DNA from: Lama guanicoe
Lineage: Eukaryota
Assembly (NCBI GenBank): GCA_013239625.1
Contig: MU056000.1
Span: forward strand, 1,178,001-1,242,000
Reading direction: 5' to 3'
Length of the DNA stretch: 64,000 nucleotides
Position 1 is the first letter of the stretch. Each line of letters begins with the position of its first letter. Shown in pieces: positions 1-10,628 of the stretch. A program made the translations under genes and the position numbers. The notes under the pieces were generated by a model, which had not been told where the DNA came from, ran no database searches, and was given only the letters and a program-made list of their open reading frames with translations.

Positions 1-409
1 TGGTTTTGGCTACAGATTACAATAAAAGGTAAAGAAAATTCACCTGCGAGTGTCAGTGTGCGGAGGGCCCGGGTCAGGAGTCATCTTTAGCCACCAGAGG
101 CTGTCAGCATGCTGAGGCCGCCGCTGCCGCCCGAAGGCCACGCTCCCCTGGGGGACCTGCTCCGGCCGCCGCCCAGGCCCGCAGTCCAGGGACCGAGAAA
201 GCCTCTGCTTGCGGCGCACTAACGGGTTACGGGCAGCGGTGCTGCCTTAAGGGCTTGGTGATTCGGCGCGTGTTTCCTTCCCTGAAAGCCGCCCTGGCCT
301 GAAGCAAGACGGACAAGAGCGCCGTGTGTCCCCCTCGGCCGCCGCGAGGCCGCGGGAGGCATCGCCACTCTTTGGTCTTTGGATGTTTCTAACTCCTGGA
401 GATTATGCC

Positions 410-485
410 CCATCAGGCTTTATCTTCGAATCGATACGAAAGTTATACAAGGAAGCTGCTAATTTATTTGCATTTCTTACTCCAA
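410..485. promoter_or_regulatory. Candidate conserved non-coding element (AT-rich core in CpG-rich surroundings) with a POU octamer
   Basis: Non-repetitive AT-rich island; CTAATTT directly followed by ATTTGCAT (466-473). Conservation not tested. Confidence 0.35.
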
Positions 486-1129
486 CCCAATGAGCTCGAC
501 CGAAACCAGTGTCCCTTGTGAACCTGCAGTGAAAGCAGGCTGTCAGGACTGGCATCATCACCATCTTCTCACGGCGGAAGCTGTGAAACACCGTGCAGCT
601 CCGCAGCCGGCCCTCCTGCCGGCGGCTGCTCTGCGCCCAGGCTGTGCTGGGCTGGCGCCTGCGGTCCGAGGGGCTGCCACGGGAGTGGAGCAGCAGGGAG
701 GCCGCGCAGAGGGTGTCTCCTGAGTCCGTGGTGCCGCCCTGTCCACAGCGTCCTGAGACCAGAGGGGAAGCAGGTGCCTGGATTCACACGGGACCAGCTT
801 GCCTTCCCGAGAGCAAACGTGTAGATGTGTTCACAGATGCGCGAACATAAACGGGCTGGTACATATGTGAAATTTTCTTCTGAGTCGGCCAAGCGGTCCT
901 AGAAGCAGGGCGGCCCGGCAGCAGTGAGCACGGCTCAGGCCCAGCCCTTTGCAGCGCCGTCCTCCAGGGAAGGAACCAGGGGACGAAGTGGTCAGGATCA
1001 GCCTGGAGCATCTGGTGGCGCCAGAAAGTAAGAAAGTGCTTAAAAAAATTGAATAAACAGCCCCCAAACCCCAGGCAAAGAAAAGGCCACAATGATGGGA
1101 GCCCATTGAAGGGACACGGGAACAAAGTG

Positions 1130-2180
1130 AAGGAATGCCAACGGGACAAACTGGAGTTTAGAGCAAGAAGAAAAGTAGCATTGGATTATAACCCAAATAT
1201 AAAATAAATACCCATGAGTCTACAGTGATATAAATAATTGGCTGCATCAAAAACTGAACAGGAGAGAAGAGACAAAGCTCCTGCAGAGTCAAAGTCATAC
1301 ACCGTGGACCCTTGAACAAAGTGGGGCTTGGGGCGCCAGCCCTCTGCATGGCGGACGACCTGCATACAGTTGCGCAGTCGGCTTCCCCCATGCGCGTACA
1401 GGGTCCCTCTGTGTCCACCTGGCCGTGGGCTGTGTGGTGCTCTAGCTCTTACTACTGAAAAAGAGCCACACAGAAGTTGATCCTCGCAGTTCAAACCCAT
1501 GCTGTTCAAGGTCAACAGTGTGTAGCTGCTTTGCCCTCATGCAGGTGAAGCACAACCCTCTGTGCCTTGAGGGTGGGCTGAGCAGTGACCTCTTGCACAG
1601 GCTACGGTGTGCAGAGGAGGAGAGTGGACGGGCCTGGTGGGCACGACCTCAGCCAGGGGATCAAGTTCGACCTCAGTAGTCATGTCACGTCAGCAGTGTA
1701 TACACTTGGTACAACGTGATGAAAATGGCAATTTTCCTCGGTGCTCTTTCCCCCAAGCCCATAACCCCAGTTTAATTATTAAAAAAAAAAAAACCAAAAC
1801 ACATCCCCATGGAAGGCCGTTCTATAAGACACCTGACCCGTGCTCCTCAGAACTGCCCAGATCATCAAAAACAGGGGAAGTGTGAGAAACCATCACCTGA
1901 GAAGTCTGAAGAGACATGGTAGCTAAAGGTACGTGGTAGCTTACACAGAATCCTGTAGCAGCACGAAGATATCTAAGGAACCAAAATTAAACAAGTGCTT
2001 TAGTTAATAATAATGTGTCAATATTGGTTCATTCATGCAAACACATACACCGTAAGGATGGAAGCTGTTAACACGAGCCCCTGGCGTGCAGTGTCTGAGC
2101 ACTCTCCCTCCTGTCCTCACGATTTTCTCTTAGTCTAAAATTGTTCCGAAAAAAAGCATTTATTAAAAAGCAAAAAGAAA
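1130..2180 (+). mobile_element. Ancient L1M 3' UTR (L1MC3/L1MD-like), interrupted by a MER8-like MITE
   Basis: Recalled L1MC/MD 3' end motifs: cctcagccaggggatcaagttcgacctc, cccataaccccagtttaatta, ctcctcagaactgcccagatcatcaaaaacaggggaagtgtgagaaac, ttagttaataataatgtgtcaatattggttcatt; A-rich tail at about 2150-2180. Confidence 0.75.
1302..1518. mobile_element. Tigger2-derived MITE (MER8-like, TcMar-Tigger)
   Basis: Terminal inverted repeats ccgtggacccttgaacaa (1302-1319) and ctgttcaaggtcaacag (1502-1518), resembling CAGTTGACCCTTGAACAA; internal cgcagttcaaacccatgctg. Confidence 0.75.
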
Positions 2181-2456
2181 GGGGCTGCCGCTCCCTCCCA
2201 ACCCGAAGTGACACAGAGTGGGTTTACCCTCACGCCTGAGGAAAATGCAGACAGGTTTTCAAAACACTGAAGAAGCAGAAGTTCTCAAAGCACGATGAGG
2301 AGCACTGGCTCTGGGGTACTGGACGCAAGCGAGGTGGGCCCAGCATCGTGCAGCTGGCTGTCTGGACAGCTCTGCGTGTGGCACAGGGAGGGGCTTGCCG
2401 AGTGGAGGGGCTGGAGATGCGAGTTTGGCAGCCACAGAGCAGAAGACAGTACCAGG

Positions 2457-2473
2457 GAGAGAGAGAGAGAGAG
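2457..2473. repeat. (GA)n microsatellite
   Basis: gagagagagagagagag seen directly. Confidence 0.9.
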
Positions 2474-2934
2474 GGAGCGAGAGGGGCAGAGAGCATGAGC
2501 GGGCGCGTGAGCACTGCTCAGACACTGAGGGTCACCCTTGGGTGTGCAGCGACAGCAGGCAGGGAGGCGGCCAGCCCGTGTGCGTGAGGGAAACAGTGAA
2601 GATGGGCCAGAAGCACCCAAAGACTCAGCGTGAACAGCGACTCCTGAGATGGGGGGTGCTCCTGCCAGGCAGAGAGAAGCCTCCAGTTTCACAGGACTTG
2701 CAGCAGACGAGCCGTTACAGCCCTCACACCAGCGCGGCACACTGAGACCCCAACCAAGCGGTCCGCCAGCCCTGCCTGCCGAATCTTAAAGGGAGAGCCA
2801 AGGAATTTAGTGTGGCCCCAGAGCTCAGCCTGAGAATGTTTAGCAACACAGAAATACGCCGCACCTAACAAGCTAAAATTCACCCTCTGCGACGTTCAAT
2901 AAAACAAACTGCTGGCGTGCATAAGGCAGAGACC

Positions 2935-3810
2935 TGTGGCCCATGATGAGGGGGAAAAGTAATCGTTTGAAGCCAAAGCAGGACACAGATGTTGGAGTGA
3001 GCAAAGATATTAAACAGCTATAACCTAATTCTAGTTGTTCAGAAAGTCAAAGAGAAACACATGGATAATGTGAAAAAGACCTAAGTGAACCTAGGTGTGA
3101 AAAATACTGTATCTAAGATGAAAAATACACTGAATGGAATCAACAGCCAGTTAGTTTTTTCAGAAGAAAAGATAGTGAACTTGAAGGCAGCAACTGAAAC
3201 TATCAAAAATGAAACACAGACAATACAAATATTTTAAAAAATGGTGGGAGCAACAGATCATTAGTGAACTCTGGGACACACGCAAGCAGCCTAACATGTG
3301 TGGAACATGAAATACCAGCAGTGCGGGCAAGCCCAGTGTACTGGCGTCCACGAAGGAGAAAGGGGTTGAAGCAGAAGAAGCGTTTGAAGAAACTGTTCGC
3401 CACGATTTTCCAAATGTAGAGAAAGTTATGAACATACACCCCCAAGAAGCTCGCAGACCACTGCTACGGGGAGCATGCGGGGAAGCGCACAAAGGCACGC
3501 CAAGGCCAAACGCTTGCCAGCAGCGATGCGGAGGAGAGCTTAGCGCGGCCGGCAGAGCAGACACGCTGTGAACAGAGGAGCCAGGAAAAGGAGGCTGTAG
3601 TTTTCTCGCTGCAAACCGGGCAGGTGAGAGGACAGTAAAGCCCTGTCTTTAAAGTTTCGAAAGAAAAACGAACAACCTAGACGTCTATACGAAGCAAAAC
3701 TGTCATTCAAAACAAAAGTGAAATAAAGCTTCAGACACAGGGAAGCCGGCAGACTTACCAGCAGCAGCCCTGAGGTGCAAAGAAGGTGAAACAAGGCCTC
3801 CGACAGCAGA
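2935..3810 (+). pseudogene. L1 ORF1p remnant (frameshifted)
   Basis: atgaaaaatacactgaatggaatcaacagccag (MKNTLNGINSQ) followed by an EEKI-ELE-like coiled-coil segment; C-terminal caacctagacgtctatacgaagcaaaactgtcattcaaa resembles QPRILYPAKLSFK. Confidence 0.7.
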
Positions 3811-4254
3811 AAATGGTGCCAGATTGAGAATGTGTGGCCTCACAAAGGGCGGGGGCACCGGGAATGGCAACTGCATCCCTGGTGTCTCTGAAACACTGTC
3901 TTGTCATTTAAATCTCTTGAAAAATAGTTGTCCGTCAAAACCAAAATGATGGTCACGTGTGGGTTAATGTGCAGGTGTGAAAGGTACGAAAACAACAGAA
4001 CGAGGCTGGAAGGCGAGGGATGGGAGGCTCTTATTTCTACATTAAGTGGCATAATTTAACGGTAGACCAATAAGGGAAACTCCATACAGTAAACTCTAAT
4101 GGCTAAAGACGAAATGAAATGCTGAAAGCTGTAGCTAATAAGCAAACAAAAAAGGTAAAATAGGAGATGAAATGTGATTAATCCAAAAAGGGCACAGAAA
4201 GAGAAAAGACAGCATGTGGGATGGGACAGACGGAAACCAAAGGAATGGCAATAG

Positions 4255-7200
4255 ATGGAAACCTAATTATGTCAATACTCATCTTAGATGTAAATGGTCT
4301 AAATAGCGTAATTAGAATGCAATAATTATAAGCTTGGATAAAAAGAAACACTCAAGTATGTGATCACAGGAAGAAACCATTTTAAATACAAAGACACAGA
4401 CAGATTAAAAGTTAAAGCGTGTAAGAACTACACCACAATAACACTGTGAATGTTAGCATTTTCGTAGCTGCAATGTATCAGGCAAAGTAGATTTCAGAGC
4501 AAAAAAATCACTAATTCACAACGATGGAGATGTGATTTCATCAAAAGGATGCAATAATCCTAAGCATGTGTGTATATAATAATAATTCTTTAAAACAGAT
4601 GAAGCAAAAGTTAATAGTAATGGAAAATACAGACAAATCCATAAACACAGGTGAAGACTTCAGTAATTGATCGTAGAAGCACGCGGATTACCTGTAAGGA
4701 TATAGAAGATCTGAAAAAACACGATCGTTTAGTTTACCTGATTTACATTCACAGAGAACTCCGCGAACTGTAGCCGAATTCTTCTCACACACACAAAGCA
4801 TTTACCAAGATAGACCACACCCTGGGCCACGAAACAAGTCTTAATAATTTAAAACGATTCAAGTCGTGCAAAATGTCTTCTCTGCTTGCCGTGGAATGAG
4901 ATTAGAAATCTCCAGCAGAATTAACTCCTGAAAATCCCCGATATTTAGAAGGTAGATGGCGTACGTCTGTGCAGCCCATGGTTAAAGAAGCCCTCGAGGT
5001 GGAATTAGGAAGCATGCTGAACTGGAACGAAGGTGAAACCGTGGCGGCCACAAGGAGTCTGTGGGAAGAGGTGCAGTGAGAGAGTTAGTTACAGAGTCAG
5101 ATGCCTTTGAGAAATAAAAGGAGGTCCCGAATCAGTGAGGTCAGGTTTTACAGTAAGAGACTAGAAAAAGAAGAGCAAATTAAACCAAAGTAAGTAGAAG
5201 AAAGGAAATAAGCAGAGAGGGAATCAACGTAATAAAAAAATGGGAGAACAGTAGACAGATTTAAATGAAACCAAGGGTGGGGTCTTTGAGGAGATCAATG
5301 CAATTGATAAAATGTTGCCAGGTTGATTAGGGAAAAAGGGAAAAGACACGATTGATTAGGAAAAAAGGGAAAAGACACGACTGATTAGGAAAAAAGGGAA
5401 AAGACACGCAGGCCTGACGCCAGGAGGGAGAAAAGTTCTGTTATGACAGATGTTAGCAGGTCAAGGGGAGAACATTGTAAGACAGTTTCTTCCAATGAAG
5501 TTTACAACTCGGATGAAATGGGAAAAAAATCCTTGAAAAGCACAAACTACAAAATCTCATTCAAAAATAGACAACTGTGAGTAGCCTTAAAAAGTAAATT
5601 TTGATCCACATGTCTTCACAAATTCGACCAAAGATTAAAGGAAAAAGAACACTGATTCTACAGAACCTAGAGAAAACGGAAGCGGAGGGGACTCTTCTGC
5701 ACTCGCGCCACGAGGCCCGCGTTGCTCTGACACCCAGATCCGACAGACGCTGTAAGTAAACAAAACTACAGACCGATAACCCTCGCGAAAGTAGGTGCGG
5801 AGATTCTAAACGCAATTTTAGCAAATCGAATCCAGCGATATATGAAAACGACAGTACAGTCCAAGAAAGCAGTGCTATTCCAGGAAGTCAAGTTCGGCCT
5901 AACATTAAAAAATTAATAGATGTCACTCACCACACCGACACACTATGGAAGAAGAAGTATGGTCACCCCGATACCTGCCAAACTTTTTTTTAAACCAACA
6001 GTAATTCCTGATGAAAACTCTCAGCAAACTCGGAACAGAAGAAAACGGCCTCACGCTGATAGAGGTCCACGTGAAAATCAACAAATCAACAATCAGCCAA
6101 ACACAAAACCATGCCCAACATAGTAAATGGTGCCGCACTGCAGGCTTTCCCTCTAAGACCAGTGAGTTGAAAAGGACGTTCCCTTCTGTTACTCCTGTTC
6201 GGCGCTGAGCTGCAGCCTCACCAGCACAGGGAGTTTGAAAAAGGCAGAGAAAACAGACAAAGTGGCGACGCAAGACTGCCTTTATCCTCAGACGGCGCAA
6301 TCGTCTGTGTAGGAGGCGATCCTATGAAATGCACGAATAAGCTACATAAGCTCAGAAGCAACTGAGCAGGTGGCAGGACGCAGCCTCAGTGTACAGGTGT
6401 CAACCGTGGTTCTGCATTCGTGCCATAAACTATTGGAAACTGACACAAAAAATTTACAACTGCATCTGGCCAAAATGTGCAAGACCTTCTAAAAAGTGTG
6501 AAGTGTTGCTAAGAGAAATTAAGAAACACCTAAGCAGATGGAGACGTGTGCCTGGCCCCAAGGATCCAACGTTGCTAAGATGTCATTTCTTCCCAGGTTG
6601 GTACATTCAGAGGTATCCCTATGAGCAGGCTTTTATTTTTGTACAAACTGACAAAAGGGCTTTGAATTGTCAAAACAACTTTGAAGGTGAAGGACAAGGT
6701 TACAAGAGGGACACTAACTTGCTTCAAGACCTGAAGCTCCAGTAACCACGAGAGTGGGCGGCAGCAGGTTAGACAACAGTTTAGCTGAAGGGGACGAGGG
6801 AGTGTGCAGAGGACTGAGCTTCAACAAGACGCAAAGGCAAGTTAGCAGAGAAAGGACAGCCTTCTCTGGAAATGGCGCTGGAACAGTTAGATATCCACAT
6901 GAAGAAGATGAGGTGTAATAGGCACATCATACAGAAATGGGTTATAGACTTGGATGTGAAGTCTGAAACTTTACGAAGTCTTAGAAGGAATCGTTGGAGA
7001 AAATCTTTGTGACTTTGAGTCAGGCAAAGAGTGCCTAAATATGCCATCCGAAGCATGGTCTTGAAAAGTGAAACTGATGAATTAGGCTTCATGAAAGTGA
7101 AAACGTCTGTCCTCTGCCAGATGCTGGGAGCCTGGTGAACAGACAGGCCGGCAGCTTGTCTTCAGAAAAAAAAATGCCACCTTACATTGACAAAGGACTT

Positions 7201-7510
7201 GTACCAAGAATATGCAAATAATTCTCAAAACTCAGTACAACAGGACCCACCCAATAGAAAATGCACAAAAGGTGTGAGTGGAGCGTCCCCTTCGGAGCTG
7301 CGTAGACAGTAAACACGCCCACGGCAGAACGATCGACGCCGTTAGGTCCGAAGGAAACACACACTAAAACCACTGCGAGATGCCTTACGCAGCTGTTAGG
7401 GGACCAGGGTTCAACACACCCACATGCCGAGAGCTGCCCGGGAAGACGAGGAGCTGGAGCTGTCACACGCCCTGGTCACAACGGAACACGTGACCGCCAC
7501 CGTTCTGTAA
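4255..7510 (+). pseudogene. L1 ORF2p remnant (endonuclease plus reverse transcriptase), inactive
   Basis: EN start ttagatgtaaatggtctaaat (LDVNGLN), ETHFKYKDT and KVDFRAKKIT; RT remnants NYRPITL, ILANRIQRY, MKTLSKLG (ORF 6011-6208) and LLREIKKHLSRWR (ORF 6389-6745). The catalytic FADD appears decayed to SSDG at 6285-6296; many stops and frameshifts. Confidence 0.85.
5323..5409. repeat. Three tandem copies of a 29-bp unit within L1 ORF2
   Basis: ttgattaggaaaaaagggaaaagacacga-type unit at 5323, 5352 and 5381, nearly identical. Confidence 0.95.
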
Positions 7511-7511
7511 G

Positions 7512-8540
7512 TTGTTTTTGAGTTTCGCACTATTGGTTTTTTATTTAACAGCCCTTGATGTATTTGTGATCAGTAGATGATAAAGGGTTATTGCAAAACC
7601 GCAGGCATGTTCCCGTGGCACCCCGAGAGCAGCACCGTGGAGCCACGTTGGCGTGTACGTGTGCGTGTGGCGGGAGCGCTGTCCTCCAAGGCCGCCGGGC
7701 AGTTCTGTTCTGCCTCCACCCGCCACACACGTTCCACATGTACTTCATACGTCATTTTCCATTTTCCCCACTGACCTGCTCACTGGGCCACATGTGTCTT
7801 CGCCCTCAGGCGAGCAGTGCCACCCTGGCCCCCACACTAAGTGGCTAGTGGGCAATAGGGGCCCAAAGCACAGGTTTTAGAGAGAGTAGTCACCTCTGTC
7901 CTTGGAAGAAAAGTGTGATGGGCGTCAGGAAAGACTGACAAGGAGACACAAGTCTGAGCAGGCTTCAGAGCGTTTCACACGTGTCTCAGGTCCGGTAGAA
8001 CCCTGAGCTCCAGGCCCATTCAGCTCGTTACGAGGAAGCTCTTACTACGGTCCTTCAAAGGTGCTGGCAACAATTCTGTACTCTGTGCTTTTGTTAAATG
8101 TTTGACTTTGTTATGTTTTGCTTTCTAGCCACCAGGTGAAATTTCTTTGAATGTCTAATACGGTGACATCTTTTTCATCTTATATGACATATAATATTTT
8201 ATTACTTAATGAGATAATCAGGTGAAGACCGTTTTTTCTGTTATTCAAATGCCTGGCCGTGCTGTGATAAAAACCAGTAGCAGACCTTATTTATCTAAGA
8301 TAAGTAGCCCTTATGGATTCCCCTAACATCTTAGTCATCGATGCCACATTCTGGCACAACGGTGGCGCTAAGAAAGGTGACACATTGTTTACACACTAAT
8401 TGTTTTAACTGAAGTCACTTTATTTTTTATTTTGTTAAATTGTGATAAAAAGCACTTAACATGAAAGTTACGATCTTAAGCATTTTAAGGTGTGCAGCTC
8501 AGGAGTGTGAAGTATATTCACATTGTTGTGCACATAGTTC
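7512..8540 (-). mobile_element. Nested antisense insertion: L1MB-type 3' terminus (about 8535 to 8419) followed by about 870 bp of non-L1 sequence and a second polyA end (candidate 3' transduction)
   Basis: Minus strand gcacaacaatgtgaatatacttcacactcctgagctgcacaccttaaaatgcttaagatcg...ttttatcacaattt plus A-tail matches an L1MB 3' end; AATAAA at 7540-7545 (minus) with a short A-run about 20 nt downstream (7515-7519); host ORF2 is colinear on both sides. Confidence 0.6.
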
Positions 8541-8682
8541 TTTTTTAAGACGTTAAACATCCGATTCGGCCATCCTGTTCCCATGCACTTACCCGAGAGG
8601 AAGTCCACAAACGTGGAGGCGGCTTCCTCTGTGACAGCGAATAATTGGAAACAACCCAAATGTGCACCAACACGTGAAAGGA

Positions 8683-9197
8683 AGCATCAGCGGAGGACTG
8701 GACTCAGAAGCTGTGGTGTATTTGTACGACGGAACACTACTCAGCCATAAAAAGAATGAAATAACGCCATTTGCAGCAATGTGGGTGGACCTGGAGATCG
8801 TCACTCTAGGTGAAGTGAGCCAGACAGAGGAAGAAAAATGCCGCGTGAGATCACTATACGTGGAATCTAAAGAAAAGGACGCAGAGGAGCTATTTATTAT
8901 TTGTAACTTAAGTGACTGATTTCTTGAACACGTGAAGCACATGTGACTGCTCTTTACGACCGGATCACCGCATTCTGTTGGTCTTTATTTTGTGGTTGGC
9001 TGTGTTCCTTGGGTAACTATGTAAGTTTAAAAAGCTAAAGCTCTCAACTGTCCCTAGAAACAATGACCACGACATGCACGTAAACTGAAGCAAATATGCG
9101 CAGTACATCGTATATACGTATTTACACGCAATATATTATACACGTGCAGTCAAATTATAACAGTTCCACCGAATAAAACTGAAAACTGAAAAAAAAA
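8683..9197 (+). mobile_element. Nested 5'-truncated lineage-specific (camelid-like) L1 fragment with a non-canonical 3' part, polyA tail and probable TSD
   Basis: 8683-8895 matches the end of L1 ORF2 (ORF 8662-8919: HKKNEITPFAAMWVDLEIVTLGEVSQTEEEK); AATAAA 9172-9177 and A-tail; flanking aacacgtgaaagga (8669-8682) and aacctgtgaaagga (9196-9209) are 12/14 identical. Confidence 0.7.
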
Positions 9198-10318
9198 CCT
9201 GTGAAAGGATAAACCGTTACGTCAGTTCAGTGGAATACTACTCAGCGATGTAAAGGAGAAAAAACAAACTACTGAGACACAGGGCTATGTGGATGAGTCT
9301 TGAAACTATCACACCAGGTGAGAGAGTTCAGGCAAAGATGCGCACACAGCGCACTGCCCTGTGTTATAAAATCAGAGAAAACGAGAGCGGACCTGCAGAG
9401 ACCGAGCAGGCGGGCGACCTGCGGGGTGGAGGCAGGAGGAGCAAAGGGAGACTGCAAGCGCTTTTGAGCTGATGGGCGTGTTCGTCATTCTGATAGATTT
9501 GGTGGCCTTTCCCCCCTTTAATGGTTAACACTGTACGTTTTAGAAAAACCATTAAAAAATCCCAAATTCGACTCAAACCACTCGCCACACTAGCACAAAT
9601 GCGATATATAAACACGCATTTGCTTATGGCATACGTGTGCATAGTGTGTTTGCACAGAATTTCAAAGAAATCACCTCGTGAAAGATGAGCTGATGGGATG
9701 AGCCGGTGAACTCTGTCCCGTGGCCTGGCCGACCCGAGAACTCAGTGTGCTCTCCTGTGAGATGGATTCCCGGGACTCGGGGCCGTTACTCTTGCTATGA
9801 CTTTGTGCCTTTTTAAAAGGCAGAAGGCCCCTGTCTAGTGACAGAGGGGTCCACGATCCTCCTCAGAGGTAGAAGGAAGGCTAGGCCCCGGGAGGCTTGC
9901 CCCGGCCCAGCCACCAGGTGGGCCAGGACTCCCTCGGAGCCTCAGTGCAGCCGCGGCCCCAGCCTGCCCGCTGACTGGGACCCAGTTTCCAACCGGGCTG
10001 GAGCTCAGGGCAGAACAGTCCAGCCAGCGTTCTCATGACGTGCCCCAAATCTCTGCATTCTACGTCCTGGCCAGTGGGTTTTCAAGGGGACCGCATGCCC
10101 TCGGTCATGGAGCTGTCCACTGCGGAGCTGACGCTGCGGTGGGTGGCTCCCAGCCCTGGCGGGGGGCTTCTCAGACAGCCTGGGAGATGGGGCAGGACGG
10201 TTTCCCCAGGCCTGCCGCTCAGGGGTCCTGGCAGCAGAGTGCGTGACGGTGCCCCCAGGCCCTCAGATGCGGCGTCTGAGGGGCATCCTTCTCCAACGTC
10301 ACAGAAGACGGGGTTGCA

Positions 10319-10628
10319 CGTCCTAGTTTATGCCTCTCCGACAGGACTGCCATCGACTGTGCCTCGGGGGACAGGCGCTTATTTCTGACAGCCCTGGATG
10401 CCGAGAAGTCCAAGACCAGGGCGCCGGCCGGTTTGGTACCTGTGTGGACCCCTCCCAGGTGAAGGACTGCGGGCTTCTTGTGTTCCCACCAGGCGGGGAC
10501 CGGAAGGGAGTTCTCTTCTCGTAGAGGTCCATTCGGAGGCTCCGCCCTCATGACCTCGTCCTCCCCAGAGGGCCCCCCTCACTTTCAACATGCACATTTG
10601 GGAGGACACAGACATTCTGTCTGGAGCA
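10319..10628 (-). mobile_element. MLT1A-like MaLR solo LTR
   Basis: gaagtccaagaccagggcgccggc, ggctccgccctcatgacc and tttcaacatgcacatttgggaggacacagacatt match the reverse complement of the recalled MLT1A consensus. Confidence 0.8.

Larger units (their letters stand above)
2240..9560 (+). mobile_element. Near-full-length, heavily decayed ancient L1M (L1MC/L1MD-type) with two nested insertions
   Basis: Colinear 5' UTR-like region (about 2240-2930), ORF1 remnant, inter-ORF region, ORF2 EN and RT remnants, ORF2 C-terminus (8540-8682, resuming at 9198) and 3' UTR ending in an A-rich tail near 9560. Confidence 0.85.

Noticed and set aside
88-108. CTCF-like ccaccagaggctg
   Set aside because: Lacks the GGC part of the core in the correct register.
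10109-10132. REST/RE1-like half-sites on the minus strand
   Set aside because: Non-canonical spacer and a mismatched left half-site.
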